Shown here: positions 20,309 through 31,070 of the stretch, in pieces
Position numbering within the stretch: the first letter of the stretch is position 1
Layout of the letters: every line of letters starts with the position of its first letter
Made by a program: the position numbers and the translations under genes
Source: Candidatus Bathyarchaeota archaeon
GTDB taxonomy: Archaea; Thermoproteota; Bathyarchaeia; 40CM-2-53-6
Reading direction: 5' to 3'
NCBI GenBank assembly: GCA_963833125.1
Contig: CAWHWX010000001.1
Span: forward strand, 64,001 to 128,000
Length of the DNA stretch: 64,000 nucleotides
Notes under the pieces: generated by a model
Databases searched by the model: none
Told to the model about the DNA's origin: nothing
Seen by the model: the letters and a program-made list of their open reading frames with translations, nothing else

Positions 20309-20473
20309 CTAGGATACGATCAACAACGTTTCGTGGGCATTTTTCAAGATTACCATTTTGCAGGTTCAATGATGCGTGGCCGAGAGCGGGTAATGCGAAC
20401 GGTAGAAAACCGATGCCCGAGGATGGACCCGGGACGGAATTCTGCCTGTAGGTGTTAATGCGTTGAGGGTTTT

Positions 20474-20800
20474 CTAGATGAAGTGAAGTATTAGACCCAG
20501 CAAGCCGCCTAACAGCACTAGGATACCTCCAATGCCTCCGCCGAGAAAACCAACGACGATTAGAACAATCGCCCATATGGGTTCAAGGACACGTTTGGCT
20601 AGGATAATTGCTACTATCCCCAGAATCAGGGGGACGAAAGCGAAGCCAAATGTCATTCCTAGCAGCGGGACGCTGAAGGGGAGTGAAATGGCATGTCCGA
20701 TAAGTGCCAGGAGGGTCAAGACTACGAGTATAATGCCGCCAATGAGGACGAGGTAATAGGCTGCCTTATCCAATCCGTGTTGTTTAACCAAGTTTCTCAA
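20474..20800 (-). CDS. Small Gly-rich membrane protein
   Basis: Three to four TM helices, GGGIGGILVLLGGLLGL. Confidence 0.7.
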   Translation of the reverse strand: MRNLVKQHGLDKAAYYLVLIGGIILVVLTLLALIGHAISLPFSVPLLGMTFGFAFVPLILGIVAIILAKRVLEPIWAIVLIVVGFLGGGIGGILVLLGGLLGLILHFI

Positions 20801-20981
20801 TCGAGGTTGTTATACCAGCTACTAGATAGCGTTATCTATGCTTCTCTGCGGCGACGTTGCGCGACGTTGATCTGCATCTTGGGTACACACGACTAATTCT
20901 TGTCGGTTATCGGGAGGTATCTGATGCGAGACCTAGAAAATACGCAAACCAAACTCACGGCCGGATCTTAGGGCTGAGATG

Positions 20982-21008
20982 TACCGGTAAATTGGGGTCG
21001 GAACTCCC
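20982..21008 (+). repeat. Family B repeat, copy 2
   Basis: TACCGGTAAATTGGGGTCGGAACTCCC. Confidence 0.65.
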
Positions 21009-21062
21009 TGACCCATCTTGGAAGTCAGGTAGCCGATGATTTTTGTGAAGACGAAAAAAGGG

Positions 21063-21389
21063 CTAGGGCCAGAACCGTCTAGAATTTAGCAGGACTGGCC
21101 AGAGAGAGTTGGGTAGCATGTTACCGTAGCGATCAAACGCATATGATGCTGAAGGCATCTGTTTTTTTCTTAATTGGTATAGAACCGAGACAGGCATCGC
21201 GTCATTTACTTGCGGGTGCAGTTCAGTCGCATCTTGAATACGAAAGAGTTCAATGAACGGTGCTTGTTGTTCAGCGAACGTTCCAGCCTCTCTTCTTGTC
21301 GGGAAACGAGCTATGTTGAATGGCTGCTTTATGTCGATCATATTGCTTCGTAGGATATTTGGGTGATTCTGACCTAAAACCGTTGGCAT
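21063..21389 (-). CDS. Hypothetical protein
   Basis: 108-aa ORF lying between two family B repeats; no motif recognised. Confidence 0.4.
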   Translation of the reverse strand: MPTVLGQNHPNILRSNMIDIKQPFNIARFPTRREAGTFAEQQAPFIELFRIQDATELHPQVNDAMPVSVLYQLRKKQMPSASYAFDRYGNMLPNSLWPVLLNSRRFWP

Positions 21390-21471
21390 TCATCTTTATG
21401 CCATGATGCGACTATGGAACCCATTGTTCAGGCGTTGTTCAGGTATCCCTTGCTATTGTTACTCGGATGAC

Positions 21472-21488
21472 CGGGGTGAGAATCCCCG
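21472..21488 (+). repeat. Family B repeat, hairpin core only
   Basis: CGGGG-TGAGAAT-CCCCG. Confidence 0.4.
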
Positions 21489-21784
21489 TCTCTGATTTCG
21501 GGCTCAGTGCGAAAGGAGCTATTACTCGGAGTAGAAACTTGATTTTCTTACCCTGATGTTACAGAATGGGCACGTTGGCTGATATTCAGTGAAATTACTC
21601 TTGCATTTAGGACAATACCAAGCCATAGGAAGCACCCTTTCACTAATCTCTGAAGAACATACCTGAGTACTAGCCCTGCAAAGTGCCTACTACCGCAGAA
21701 ATGTCCGCTAGAACATCAGTAATACTCACATTGATGGGCAAAAAGTCCACTGAGAGTCAGAAAGCACGGTGCGCAGCGTATACG

Positions 21785-21813
21785 TACCCGTAAATTGGGT
21801 GGTCAGAACCCCC
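21785..21813 (+). repeat. Family B repeat, copy 4
   Basis: TACCCGTAAATTGGGTGGTCAGAACCCCC. Confidence 0.55.
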
Positions 21814-21903
21814 ATCGCCGGAAGGAGATTTGCTACGAGTAAGAGGGAGGCGCGCACCCAAACAGGTTCAAGCCCCTCCGTCTCTGACCCTGATCGAGTT
21901 AAG

Positions 21904-22440
21904 TTAAGTGCGTGTCTTTGGAGAAATGACAAGAGCATCCGTCGTATCCGATGTCAATTTTCGTGAACGTAGCGCACCTTGAATTTTCAATTTTGCAGCA
22001 TCACAGTACGCACTCCAAACAAATGGGTTTGGGTCGTAGACTCTAAGAAATTCCCTATCATAACCAAGCACACTCAGCATATGCCAGTTTTTCGGCGGAA
22101 TCGGTACCGAAATTATGGCGGGTCTATTTTCGTCTACACATTCTTCAAGAAAGCTAACTAACGCATTGAATGACCCATGAAATTGATACTCTTCACAATA
22201 TCGGATATCGGCCCACGAAAACTCGGAGTATTGCTTCAATACATCTTGGATTGGTTTGAGTCCTATCTGATCCAGCCCTTTCCTTCTCACGAATTCGCGT
22301 AGTATTTGCCCCTGCGTTACTGTTGAGTTCGGCATGTGATATTTTGCGACTGCCTCAATACTCGCAGGGATACACCAATCATGGTTTGGCGGTTGTCTTA
22401 CTTCAAACGGAAAGCGTTCGAAGTATCGAATCAGTTGCAA
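21904..22440 (-). CDS. Papain-fold C39-like peptidase
   Basis: Q....WCIPAS (Cys), WHMLSVLGYD (His), VYDP (Asp). Confidence 0.7.
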   Translation of the reverse strand: MQLIRYFERFPFEVRQPPNHDWCIPASIEAVAKYHMPNSTVTQGQILREFVRRKGLDQIGLKPIQDVLKQYSEFSWADIRYCEEYQFHGSFNALVSFLEECVDENRPAIISVPIPPKNWHMLSVLGYDREFLRVYDPNPFVWSAYCDAAKLKIQGALRSRKLTSDTTDALVISPKTRT

Positions 22441-22751
22441 GTCTTCTTACTCCTATACCCTGTGTTATACCGTTCGGCGTTTGAATCAATGTACGCGACT
22501 TATTTTCTCTGGCCGCACGGATTCCTATGTCAGTCGGTGTCCTTTCATTTAACCCAACGGTCCACTAACTGGACTTGAGCTGAATTCCAAACTGGGATAC
22601 AAGAGCTTCCGTTGTGACCTGATTAACTAGCGAAAGTGACCTCGCCTCCGGCAGGCTGCGATTTATGCGTTCAAGCGCCCGAATCTCATGCCTTAGATTT
22701 TCGAAGTCTTATTATGACAATATCCCGATTTCACTGAAGAGGGCGAAAGAA

Positions 22752-23168
22752 GTGAGTGATTTCAACGATTGGAACAGAAAGATCATCGATGAGTTTCGAG
22801 CGAATGAGGGGAAGGTCGGCGGGATGTTTGAAGGCAAAACGTTGCTTCTTTTACACGCTAAAGGGGCTAAGAGCCAGCAGGAACGTATCAATCCACTAGC
22901 GTATGTGCGAGATGGGGAAAGGTTCGTGGTGATTGCGTCTAAAGGAGGCGCACCGACAAACCCGGATTGGTACTACAACGTTGTTGCAACCCCCGAACTC
23001 ACGGTTGAAGTTGAAACGGAAAGATTTCGGGTTCATGCCACCGTAGCTGAAGAACCGGAACGGACGCGGTTATACAATAAGATGGTTGAGATGATGCCTG
23101 CCTTTGATGATTATCGACATAAGACTACGCGCAAAATTCCAGTCGTTGTGCTGACACCTATGAAGTAA
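22752..23168 (+). CDS. F420H2-dependent nitroreductase (Ddn family)
   Basis: N..IIDEFRAN.GKVGG, GAKS..R..PL, ASKGGAP.NPDWY.N, R.IPVVVL. Confidence 0.9.
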   Translation: MSDFNDWNRKIIDEFRANEGKVGGMFEGKTLLLLHAKGAKSQQERINPLAYVRDGERFVVIASKGGAPTNPDWYYNVVATPELTVEVETERFRVHATVAEEPERTRLYNKMVEMMPAFDDYRHKTTRKIPVVVLTPMK

Positions 23169-23307
23169 GAGTGAAATTGCTAAAAATATCTCGTCACAGC
23201 ACACTTTGCAGCGATTTTCACGCTCTTCTCGCATGACACTCACAGCCATCACAGCCATAGCCCTTAACGTCCGCAGAACCAAGAGTACTTGTCCAAGGCG
23301 ATAGCGG

Positions 23308-24180
23308 ATGGTTACTTTAGCTGTGATTGTACCATGTCGGAACGACTGCGACGCAGCGGAGAAGTTGGTTTCAAGTTTCAGTGAACAAACCATTCAACCA
23401 GACAAAGTTGTCGTAGGTCACGATAAGTGTCTTGGCCAGAGTGGATGCGTCCAGTTTGGAAACAAAGCTGCAACAATCAACTTCTACGCCAAGCAGCTCG
23501 ACACCGACTACATTGTAGTCTTGGATGCCGACATGGAGTTAACGCCAACATTCTTTGAGGCATTCAAGATCGCCTTCGAACGAACAATGCCGACCGTAGG
23601 CAGCGGCGTTGTCTACGCACTATCAGAGAATACGGCGGCGAGGAAGAACCGACTTATTGGATTCGGTAGTGGGGCAATGCGCTGGTACTGGTTCGGGGGA
23701 TGCATGTACATGCAAAGAAGCTTCCTCGTAGCCAACCCTATGCCTACGGAAACTGTACTTGAGGACGTTGTTTACGGTAAACTACTCGAGCAGAGGGGAA
23801 TCAACGCCGAATTCGTTCCCAACGCTGTCTGTTTCATGTGGAGGAAAAACGAGACCTTAATCCGACAACTACGAAGACAAATTCGGTTCATGCTGGGATC
23901 ACTCGAACAAACACGTTTCCATCTGAGTCGACACACGCCTGTCCTTTACGCCGCCCTTTCCACCGGCTATGTTCTTACCCTGCTGGGGGCTTTCAGGCTT
24001 AACCTGGTTTTTGGATTCAGCCTCTTTCTCGGCTACACTCTCCTAGTCGCAGCATGCTATTACTCCGGTTCTCAGTATGAAGAGAACGGTCTCGCCGTCA
24101 CTCTCACATACAGCCTATTGTGGCTTCCAATCTGCTGCTACACGTTTGCACTGTTTATCGCAAGGAAAAAGATATGGTAG
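23308..24180 (+). CDS. Glycosyltransferase family 2 with C-terminal TM helices
   Basis: VIVPCRN, NKAA.IN, LDAD, ED, RRQIRF (QxxRW-like). Confidence 0.8.
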   Translation: MVTLAVIVPCRNDCDAAEKLVSSFSEQTIQPDKVVVGHDKCLGQSGCVQFGNKAATINFYAKQLDTDYIVVLDADMELTPTFFEAFKIAFERTMPTVGSGVVYALSENTAARKNRLIGFGSGAMRWYWFGGCMYMQRSFLVANPMPTETVLEDVVYGKLLEQRGINAEFVPNAVCFMWRKNETLIRQLRRQIRFMLGSLEQTRFHLSRHTPVLYAALSTGYVLTLLGAFRLNLVFGFSLFLGYTLLVAACYYSGSQYEENGLAVTLTYSLLWLPICCYTFALFIARKKIW

Positions 24181-24193
24181 GCGCCGCCCCTAT

Positions 24194-24279
24194 CAAGAGT
24201 CCCTCGGAGTCTCACTATACCTGATACTCGCTGAAGGCTTACTAGTAAACTGGGGCTGAAATCCCCTCCCCCGCACATT
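24194..24279 (+). repeat. Family B long direct repeat, left copy
   Basis: CAAGAGTCCCTCGGA...TTACTAGTAAACTGGGGCTGAAATCCCCTCCCCCGCACATT. Confidence 0.7.
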
Positions 24280-24335
24280 GTACTGGCCTCAAAGAGTAGA
24301 AAGGCCCATCTCGATCTGTTAGGTCACGACTAATC

Positions 24336-24620
24336 ATGAGCTTGTTGAGTGGCATCGAACTCCTGTCGGTGCTTGTGGTAGTTGGTGTGCTGTTTCTTTT
24401 GGGCGTACGATTGAGAACGAGATCGAGTACCGCCATTCTATTGCTGATCATTACGTTTCTATTTCTGGCGTTGATCTCCTTAGGCAAATTGACTATGGCT
24501 TTGTTTACCGCGGCACTCTTTCTTGGGACGATACTAATCCTGTTTGTCTGGATCTCACTCCGCCACTCATCTCTTAGCATTCTACAGGTTTCGACGGAAG
24601 TCAGCCGGACCCGCACCTAA
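24336..24620 (+). CDS. Small three-TM membrane protein
   Basis: Hydrophobic ORF enclosed by direct repeats. Confidence 0.6.
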   Translation: MSLLSGIELLSVLVVVGVLFLLGVRLRTRSSTAILLLIITFLFLALISLGKLTMALFTAALFLGTILILFVWISLRHSSLSILQVSTEVSRTRT

Positions 24621-24627
24621 ATAGGTA

Positions 24628-24709
24628 CAAGTCCCTCCGGACCCGCCACACTTACGGTTCGCTTATGGTTACTAGTAATTTGGACCTGAAATCCACTCCC
24701 CCACACATT
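24628..24709 (+). repeat. Family B long direct repeat, right copy
   Basis: CAAGTCCCTCCGGA...TTACTAGTAATTTGGACCTGAAATCCACTCCCCCACACATT. Confidence 0.7.
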
Positions 24710-24934
24710 CCATAGAACCACGTGTACTCCCAAACGAAATCTCCGCCCGACTCTTGGAACGTGCGTTATGAACGCGGGGGAAAGAATAACCTGTCCAAGA
24801 AGGTTCCTGAGAGAAGACTCGAAGTGACCGGTCAGTTGGATTGCATATTCAAATTGCGCTCTTACTGCCATTGGAATATATTCTAAATAAATTGGGTCAA
24901 CAGAATTAGTGAAGATATACCGGGAGTATTGAAA

Positions 24935-25573
24935 CTATTCCTGAAGTTTGCGTTCTGATATTCGTCTGGCTGATGATACGATTAGTGGAATGAACCAGAA
25001 GTAGAATCGTATGGGTTGGTCGAAGAGTTTGATATTCCAGAATACTGGCAGCACGGTGATGGCGAATAGGGCTGCGGAGATGAATAGAATGTTCCTAACC
25101 CTCGTATATTTCGCGAGTGATTCCTTCGGAACCAACCCTTTCTCTTCCGAGGCTAATTGATGTGTGAATAATGCGAGGAGCAGCATCAGTCCGGCCATGT
25201 CTAGGGCGTACAGGATTGAGGCGTAGTAGAGGAATATTTCGTGGGTTAGGAGGTCGAAGGTTATGTTGAGGTAGAAGAGGTAGGGTTCAATGGAGACGAG
25301 AAAGAGTAGCACGAGGTTGAGGGTGACTATGGTGCTATCCTCCAGAGGGAGAACCGACATTATGTTCGTATAACTTAGCCATACAGAGATCAAAATCAGG
25401 AACCCAAAACCGAACTCTAGAATGTCGATAAGGATCCCGAACGGCTTCGGAGGGAGCCGAGTGATCAAGGGAATGGTACTGATCGCTAGGGCCAGTCCGA
25501 ATATGATGTCCGAGAGCGACTCGATCCGGGACTTGGCAATTCGCGGCCCAGCCTGTTTCATTGTTTCGTCCAA
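24935..25573 (-). CDS. TMEM175 family potassium channel
   Basis: RIESLSDIIFGLALAI matches the RxxxFSD signature; about 6 TM, W...N...L..V...P. Confidence 0.8.
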   Translation of the reverse strand: MDETMKQAGPRIAKSRIESLSDIIFGLALAISTIPLITRLPPKPFGILIDILEFGFGFLILISVWLSYTNIMSVLPLEDSTIVTLNLVLLFLVSIEPYLFYLNITFDLLTHEIFLYYASILYALDMAGLMLLLALFTHQLASEEKGLVPKESLAKYTRVRNILFISAALFAITVLPVFWNIKLFDQPIRFYFWFIPLIVSSARRISERKLQE

Positions 25574-25634
25574 AGAGGAATCGGGATTTAGTGGCTGAGC
25601 TGTGTTGAAAAGTTCTTTGATCGATTCTGGTAAA

Positions 25635-25892
25635 TCATGAGGATGGTTTCATGCGGTGACGTTTGGGTGGGTTCTGCCTGAGTGATATTTCGCAGACCAT
25701 CTTGACGATTTCCGAGACATCCTTTAACCCATCGAATGAGCCAATGAATTCGAAATTGTTTCTTTGAACTAAGAACGCTTTCCCTTTCCTCTTGCGTCTG
25801 GATTCAATGTCGAAAAGGATTGCTGGGCGAACTTGAGTAAGTTTACTTTGAATATGTGCTTTCAGCCTTACCCGGTTAAGTTTTGACATCAT
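25635..25892 (-). CDS. Hypothetical basic protein
   Basis: ORF with ATGA overlap to an upstream Cys-rich ORF. Confidence 0.45.
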   Translation of the reverse strand: MMSKLNRVRLKAHIQSKLTQVRPAILFDIESRRKRKGKAFLVQRNNFEFIGSFDGLKDVSEIVKMVCEISLRQNPPKRHRMKPSS

Positions 25893-26133
25893 ACAAGATT
25901 ACGTTTTCCAGTACCCAAAATCTCCATTACTTGTAACCTTCCTTCGCCTATGTGGCCGTGGCGTTTGAGGAGTTCAAAATCTTCCTCTGTTACTTCGCCT
26001 TTCCGATTGGGAGGGAATCGTAGGGTCTTGAATACTCGCACCGGAGATGAAGGTTCGGTGGGCACGGCACAGCAACTACAGCTTCATACCAGCTCTGCGA
26101 TTGCGGCTCGATGTACATCAAACACTTTCCCAT
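25889..26133 (-). CDS. Small Cys-rich protein, about 81 aa after correcting a 1-bp deletion near 26084
   Basis: MGKCLMYIEPQSQSWYE/SCSCCAVPTEPSSPVRVFKTLRFPPNRKGEVTEEDFELLKRHG...; stop overlaps the next ATG. Confidence 0.35.
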
Positions 26134-26406
26134 TATGAGGACCCAGTTTCCTCCCATCTCAGGAACTATTTCAAACTAATCGCAACACAACACATAGGAT
26201 TATTTGACATGGCTGTAAATCATCTAGAATCACATGAATTATTCGGAAAAATTGGCCATGAAGTTCTGCCAAAAATGACAAAGGGACGCGTAATCACCGG
26301 TAACGACGAGCCGCGCATCATGTGAATCAGTATTCATGTCGCGAAACAGATGAAATCTCCTCTTATCTTACATGACATTTCATAATACGATGAGAGGTGA
26401 AAAGAT

Positions 26407-26535
26407 TTGACGAAGAGAGAGAGCTTCAAGAAGTGGACGAAGAAAATGAAGAACGTTCGACAGACGATTCCCAAGAGCACAAAGAGTAGACTCATAACCG
26501 CAGATGACAGAGCGGAATGTTTAGCGGCCTCATAG
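26407..26535 (+). CDS. Small basic peptide, 42 aa (not in ORF track)
   Basis: SD GAGGTGA at 26394-26400, TTG start; MTKRESFKKWTKKMKNVRQTIPKSTKSRLITADDRAECLAAS. Confidence 0.4.
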   Translation: MTKRESFKKWTKKMKNVRQTIPKSTKSRLITADDRAECLAAS

Positions 26536-26652
26536 AAGGCTAGAGCAGGCGCTAGAAAGGACAAGTCTCTCTCTATAATATTCTACCCAAATTATCGTAA
26601 ATAGAAAAGCACTTTTACAGGCAAATCGCTCGTATAACGGGCTGGGAGAGTA

Positions 26653-27018
26653 ATTCTAACTCAAGACGGAGACAACGTCGCAAAGCTGGAAGAACGTTCC
26701 AATAGTGCACTCACCAAATCAATTGACGAAACAATCTCTGAATTCTTAGGTAGAGACGTTACCAAAGCCTTCAGCCATCACCTCTACGCGTATCTTGGAG
26801 TAAGTACGACAGACGTTCCGACCGATCTGAACGAGTTCTTCACAGAACTCAAGAGTTCGTTCGGTGTGGGCGGTAGTGTTCTAGGTCAGAGAATTATTCG
26901 AAGACTCCATGCGGAGTTTGGTTTGACTTTACCTACCCCGAATGCGGGGGTATCTGAATCTTCTCAACTGTTGGTCAATTTTGTTAAAGAAATCTCAACC
27001 TTAGGGAGAATGGTTTGA
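26653..27018 (+). CDS. DUF3227/NitrOD5-like small helical protein; no ATG/GTG/TTG start
   Basis: Frame open 26638-27018: LTKSIDETISEFLG..V..AF..HL...LG.....VP.....F...LKSSFGVGG.VL...II.RL...FGL; stop overlaps the next TTG. Confidence 0.6.
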   Translation: MLTQDGDNVAKLEERSNSALTKSIDETISEFLGRDVTKAFSHHLYAYLGVSTTDVPTDLNEFFTELKSSFGVGGSVLGQRIIRRLHAEFGLTLPTPNAGVSESSQLLVNFVKEISTLGRMV

Positions 27019-30000
27019 TCTTGTCGATGCCTAGGGGCAGATCAAGGCTTCCGCTCATAGTCTCAATATGCTTTGCTGCAGTAGCTGCGATTGGTGCGTT
27101 TGGAACTATAGCTTGGGTGACCGGTCAGTTTACCCTTGCACAAATTAACCCGTTGTTTGTTCCAATTGCCCCATTGACCATTCTGCTCCTAGTATTGCTG
27201 GGGACATCGTGGTTTCTGTACGGTATGAGGCCTAAATATTCCTGGTCTAGAATACAGGCTGGGGCGGTAGGTGTTCTCGTTGTCATACTGACATCCTTAA
27301 CCATTTATCACGCCGTGTTCCCGGGAAGTTTTAGTTTAGAAGCACTGCTATTTCCTAATCCCGGCACCGTTCAGGTATATCCGATAGCCAGGATATCACC
27401 CGTCACCAGCGTTATCTTCCTCCTTGGAGGCCTCTCCCTAGTCTTACTCGTCTCGTCTTCAGGTTCGCCGATCGAGAACCAGTGCCGCTTTGGTTGGGAT
27501 TGTTATCCTTTTCTCTGGTGTCGTGACGAGTCTCGGCTATCTGTATCAGGCACCGCTGCTTTATGGTAGCCCTACGATACCAGTTTCGATCCTAGCCGGG
27601 ATTGCTTTCCTGTTCTTGGGAACGGAAATTTGGGCGGCGGCTGGGCGAGATTGTTGGCCTACGCGGACTTTAACGGGTGATTCTGTCAAGGCTAGGCTAC
27701 TGCGTGCGTTTCTCCCAGCCTCAGCACTGACGTTGGTGATTTCTCTCGTCCTTGATGATGCGCTTGGGGGTATCTACGCTGCACCATTCGTAGCGTCGAT
27801 GACGCTGTTGGGATGGCTTGTGGTAGTGATCATTGGCATAGGGAGATTGAGCAGTAGGATTGGAGCTGGGATCGACCAAGGCATAGCCGAACGCGCACGT
27901 TTGGATAAGGCGCTGCAGGAGAGCGAAGATAAGTATCATGCGATGGTTGATAATTCTCCCAACATGATCGGCATTTTCCAGGATGGCATGCTGAAGTATG
28001 TCAACGCTACTGCAATCCAAGAGTTGGGTTGGAAGTACGAAGAGCTCGTATCGTCTTCTTTTGACCCAATGGAAAACATTGTGTCGCCGCAATCTAGGAG
28101 TCTGTTAAAGGAAAATGTTGGCAGGAGACTGCGTGGCGAAGACATCTCTCCTTACGAGATAAGCCTGACTAGGAAAGACGGTTCACAAATCCTAGTCAGT
28201 GTTAAAGGAACGATGCTTACCTACGAAGGAAAGCCTGCGATTCAGTTCTCATTTCGAGATATGACGAAGCGCGAACATGCTTATGAAACCAAGTCCTCTC
28301 TGGCTGCAATTGTTGAATCCTCGGATGATGCCATCATCGGCAAAACATTGGACGGAGTGATCACGAGCTGGAACAAGGGTGCCGAGAATTTATACGGCTA
28401 TTCTGCCGAAGAAACAAAGGGTAAGTCCGTCTCCATTCTCATCCCGCCTAGTCTTACCGATGAGCTGCCGAAGATATTCGAGAGAATCAAGAGAGGAGAG
28501 AGGATTGAACATTTCGAGACCGAACGCATGAAGAAAGATGGCACTGTCATACAAGTCTCTTTGGCAGTTTCCCCGATTCGAGATTCCACCGGTAGAATAG
28601 TTGGGGCCTCAACGATGGCCCGGGACATCACCGGTCGTAAACGGTTAGAGGAGGAATTGAAACAGCATTCGCTGCACTTGGAGGAATTGGTGGCTGAGAG
28701 GACGAAGGAGCTGGGTTCAGCTCGAGAACGACTGGAGTATGCAGTTGAATCGAATCCTGCGGTCCTCTGCATTGGAAAGCCTCTCCCCGATCAGTCGGAC
28801 TTCAATACAACATACCTTAGCAAGAACATCAAAGCCCTAACGGGATTTGAAGCTGACGAGTTGATTGGATTCAAAGGGGCGGAATTTTGGAAGACGAGAA
28901 TCCCACCCAATCACTATCAAAAATTCTTGGCTGAAATTCCACTCCTTTGGCGCAACGGACAGCATACCTTCGAGTATCAGTTCCTGCATAAGGACGGCGC
29001 CTATCGCTGGATACGTGAGGAGGAGAGAGTGATTCGTAATGCAAAGGGCGAGGTGCAGGATGTGATCGGTTACTGGACCGACGTAACGGAGAACAAGATG
29101 ATCGAGGAGCAGTATCGTGAGTTGTTCGAAGCCTCTCCAGTTTCCCTCTGGGAGGACGATTTCTCCGAAGTGAAACAGTTCCTAGACGAATTACGAAAAA
29201 GTGGGGTGTCAGATTTTGATGCTTACTTCGCCAACCATCCAAAAGATTTTGCTAAATGCGCTTCACTAATGCGAGTCGTCAACGTGAACAAAGCCACCTT
29301 AGACCTCACCGGCGCGAAGTCGAAGGATGAGATTATCGGAGGCGAACGGAAACACCGTAATCTTCTTAGACGGAGCGGGGCGGGAATTTGTGGGGGATAT
29401 CGTTGCGTTGGCTCAAGGCAAGACGCAGTATGAAGCAGAAATCGACAATCAGAACTGTGCACGGTGAGACGAAATACTGCAACTTGACATGCGCAGTGGC
29501 TCCTGGGTACGAGCAATCTCTCGCCAAGGTTCTGTACTGCTTAGTCGACTTAACTGCCCAGAAGAAAGCTGAGGAAGAGGTTCGAGCAGCGCGAGAACGC
29601 CTTGATTTCATATTACGCTCCAGCCCAGCTATCACTTTCACAGGTAAGCCTAATGCTGATCTAACTGATTTCACGATAACCTACATGAGTAGCAACGTTA
29701 AGCAGATTCTAGGTTACGATCCGGATAGATTACTTGGCCGATCCGAACTTTTGGGTGAATCATCTTCACCCCGAGGATTCCGATCTTACTCTATCACAAT
29801 TACGCCGCGTCTTCACAGATGGACACGTCAGCGTGGAGTACCGCTATTCATCGTAAGGACGGTACATATCAGTGGATGCGAGATACCGTCGATCTCATCA
29901 AAAATCCCGATGGCAAACCGATCGAGGTGGTGGGAACTTCCATCGAAATTAATGAACAAAAACGGATGGAGGAGGAAAACAGGAAGTTGAACGCTGAAGT

Positions 30001-30982
30001 GGCACTGCGTCTGACCGAAGTCACGGACCAGGTTGAATCATTATCCAGGTCAAGAGAGAGGTTGAAGACAGTTCCTGATGTAACTTCTGGGCTTGACATA
30101 ATTCTAGATTCAATTCTTTGGGATTTCGGTTTGGACTTTGGGGCTGTGCTCGTAATTGATCGGCATGAGAATCGAGCGAATGTTCGAGCGTCTAAGGGCA
30201 GAGAGCAGGCGCTTCGACTTGATGACAGTTATCCGCTTGGAAGCTTTGTGGAACTGGAAGACTTGCAGACAAAGAGCGTGAGTAAGTTAGCTGTGGAAGG
30301 TGAGAGAAGTATCTTTGGCAAAGCCGCAGTGCGGACAATAATCCCAATCCTTTCTGGAGCAGAGGTATATGGGCTGTTGGCGTTTGGCAGCGTGAAACAA
30401 CAAACGCTTGAACCAAGCAGCATGCGCATGCTGGAACTGTACGCCGAATTAGTCTACTCATTCATTATGGAAAAGTCCGTCGCCGTTGTTCCCGCACTAG
30501 AAACGAAAAGGGTTGGACGTGGATCGGGTGATCTTGAGACTGGTCAGATATACATAGTCAAGAAACATCCAGAAAAGGCATTCGAAATTTTCGCGAGCAA
30601 CGTGTTCAGTAACCATGAAGGCTTGTGTATAACGAGAAGGTATCCACCCAAGGTGCGGAGCGAGTATGGACTTGAGAAGACACCGATCGTTTGGTTGACG
30701 AGCGAAGCATCCGAGAGCGAGAAGACTGTTCAATCTATTCAGGACATATCAATCATAATCGCGAACTTCATGGAGAAAGCTACGAGCCCTGTAATATTGC
30801 TTGATGGGCTCGAATACCTCGTAACCAACAGTGGATTCGACTCTCTCATCAGGTTTCTACAGGTTCTCAATGACCGTCTTCAAAGAAAAAGCGGAGTGCT
30901 ATTCGCGCCCATCCTAGAGGAGGCTTTTGGAACCAAGGACCTTGCCCTACTGCACCGGGAAACAGTGAACTTAGCCGAGTAA
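27015..30982 (+). CDS. Membrane-anchored multi-PAS/PAC - GAF-like - DUF835 sensor, split into four ORFs by frameshifts
   Basis: About 7 TM; PAS motifs (AAIVESSDDAIIGKTLDG.ITSWNKGAE, KDG.YRW, RDIT.RK); C-terminal GLCITR.YP...IVWLT...VILLDGLEYL..N.GF (DUF835); no H-box or HATPase. Confidence 0.8.
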
Positions 30983-31070
30983 GCGAGACGAATCACCAGT
31001 TTGAACAAACAAGTGTTACAATCTTCCGATCCACGGGCGAGTCGAGTATCTCGTCGCAACTGTTAGCGTA

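Noticed and set aside
21849-21890. GGCGCGCACCC and GGTTCAAGCCCC as family A or tRNA remnants
   Set aside because: The order and spacing are inconsistent with the consensus; could be chance.
24194-24279. Intact tRNA gene here or at the family A half-sites
   Set aside because: Only a 3'-end-like segment is present; no complementary 5' acceptor strand, D arm or anticodon arm was found.
26084-26086. Selenocysteine read-through at the TGA before SCSCC
   Set aside because: A 1-bp deletion in an A run explains it more simply, given the window's indel rate; no SECIS was recognised.
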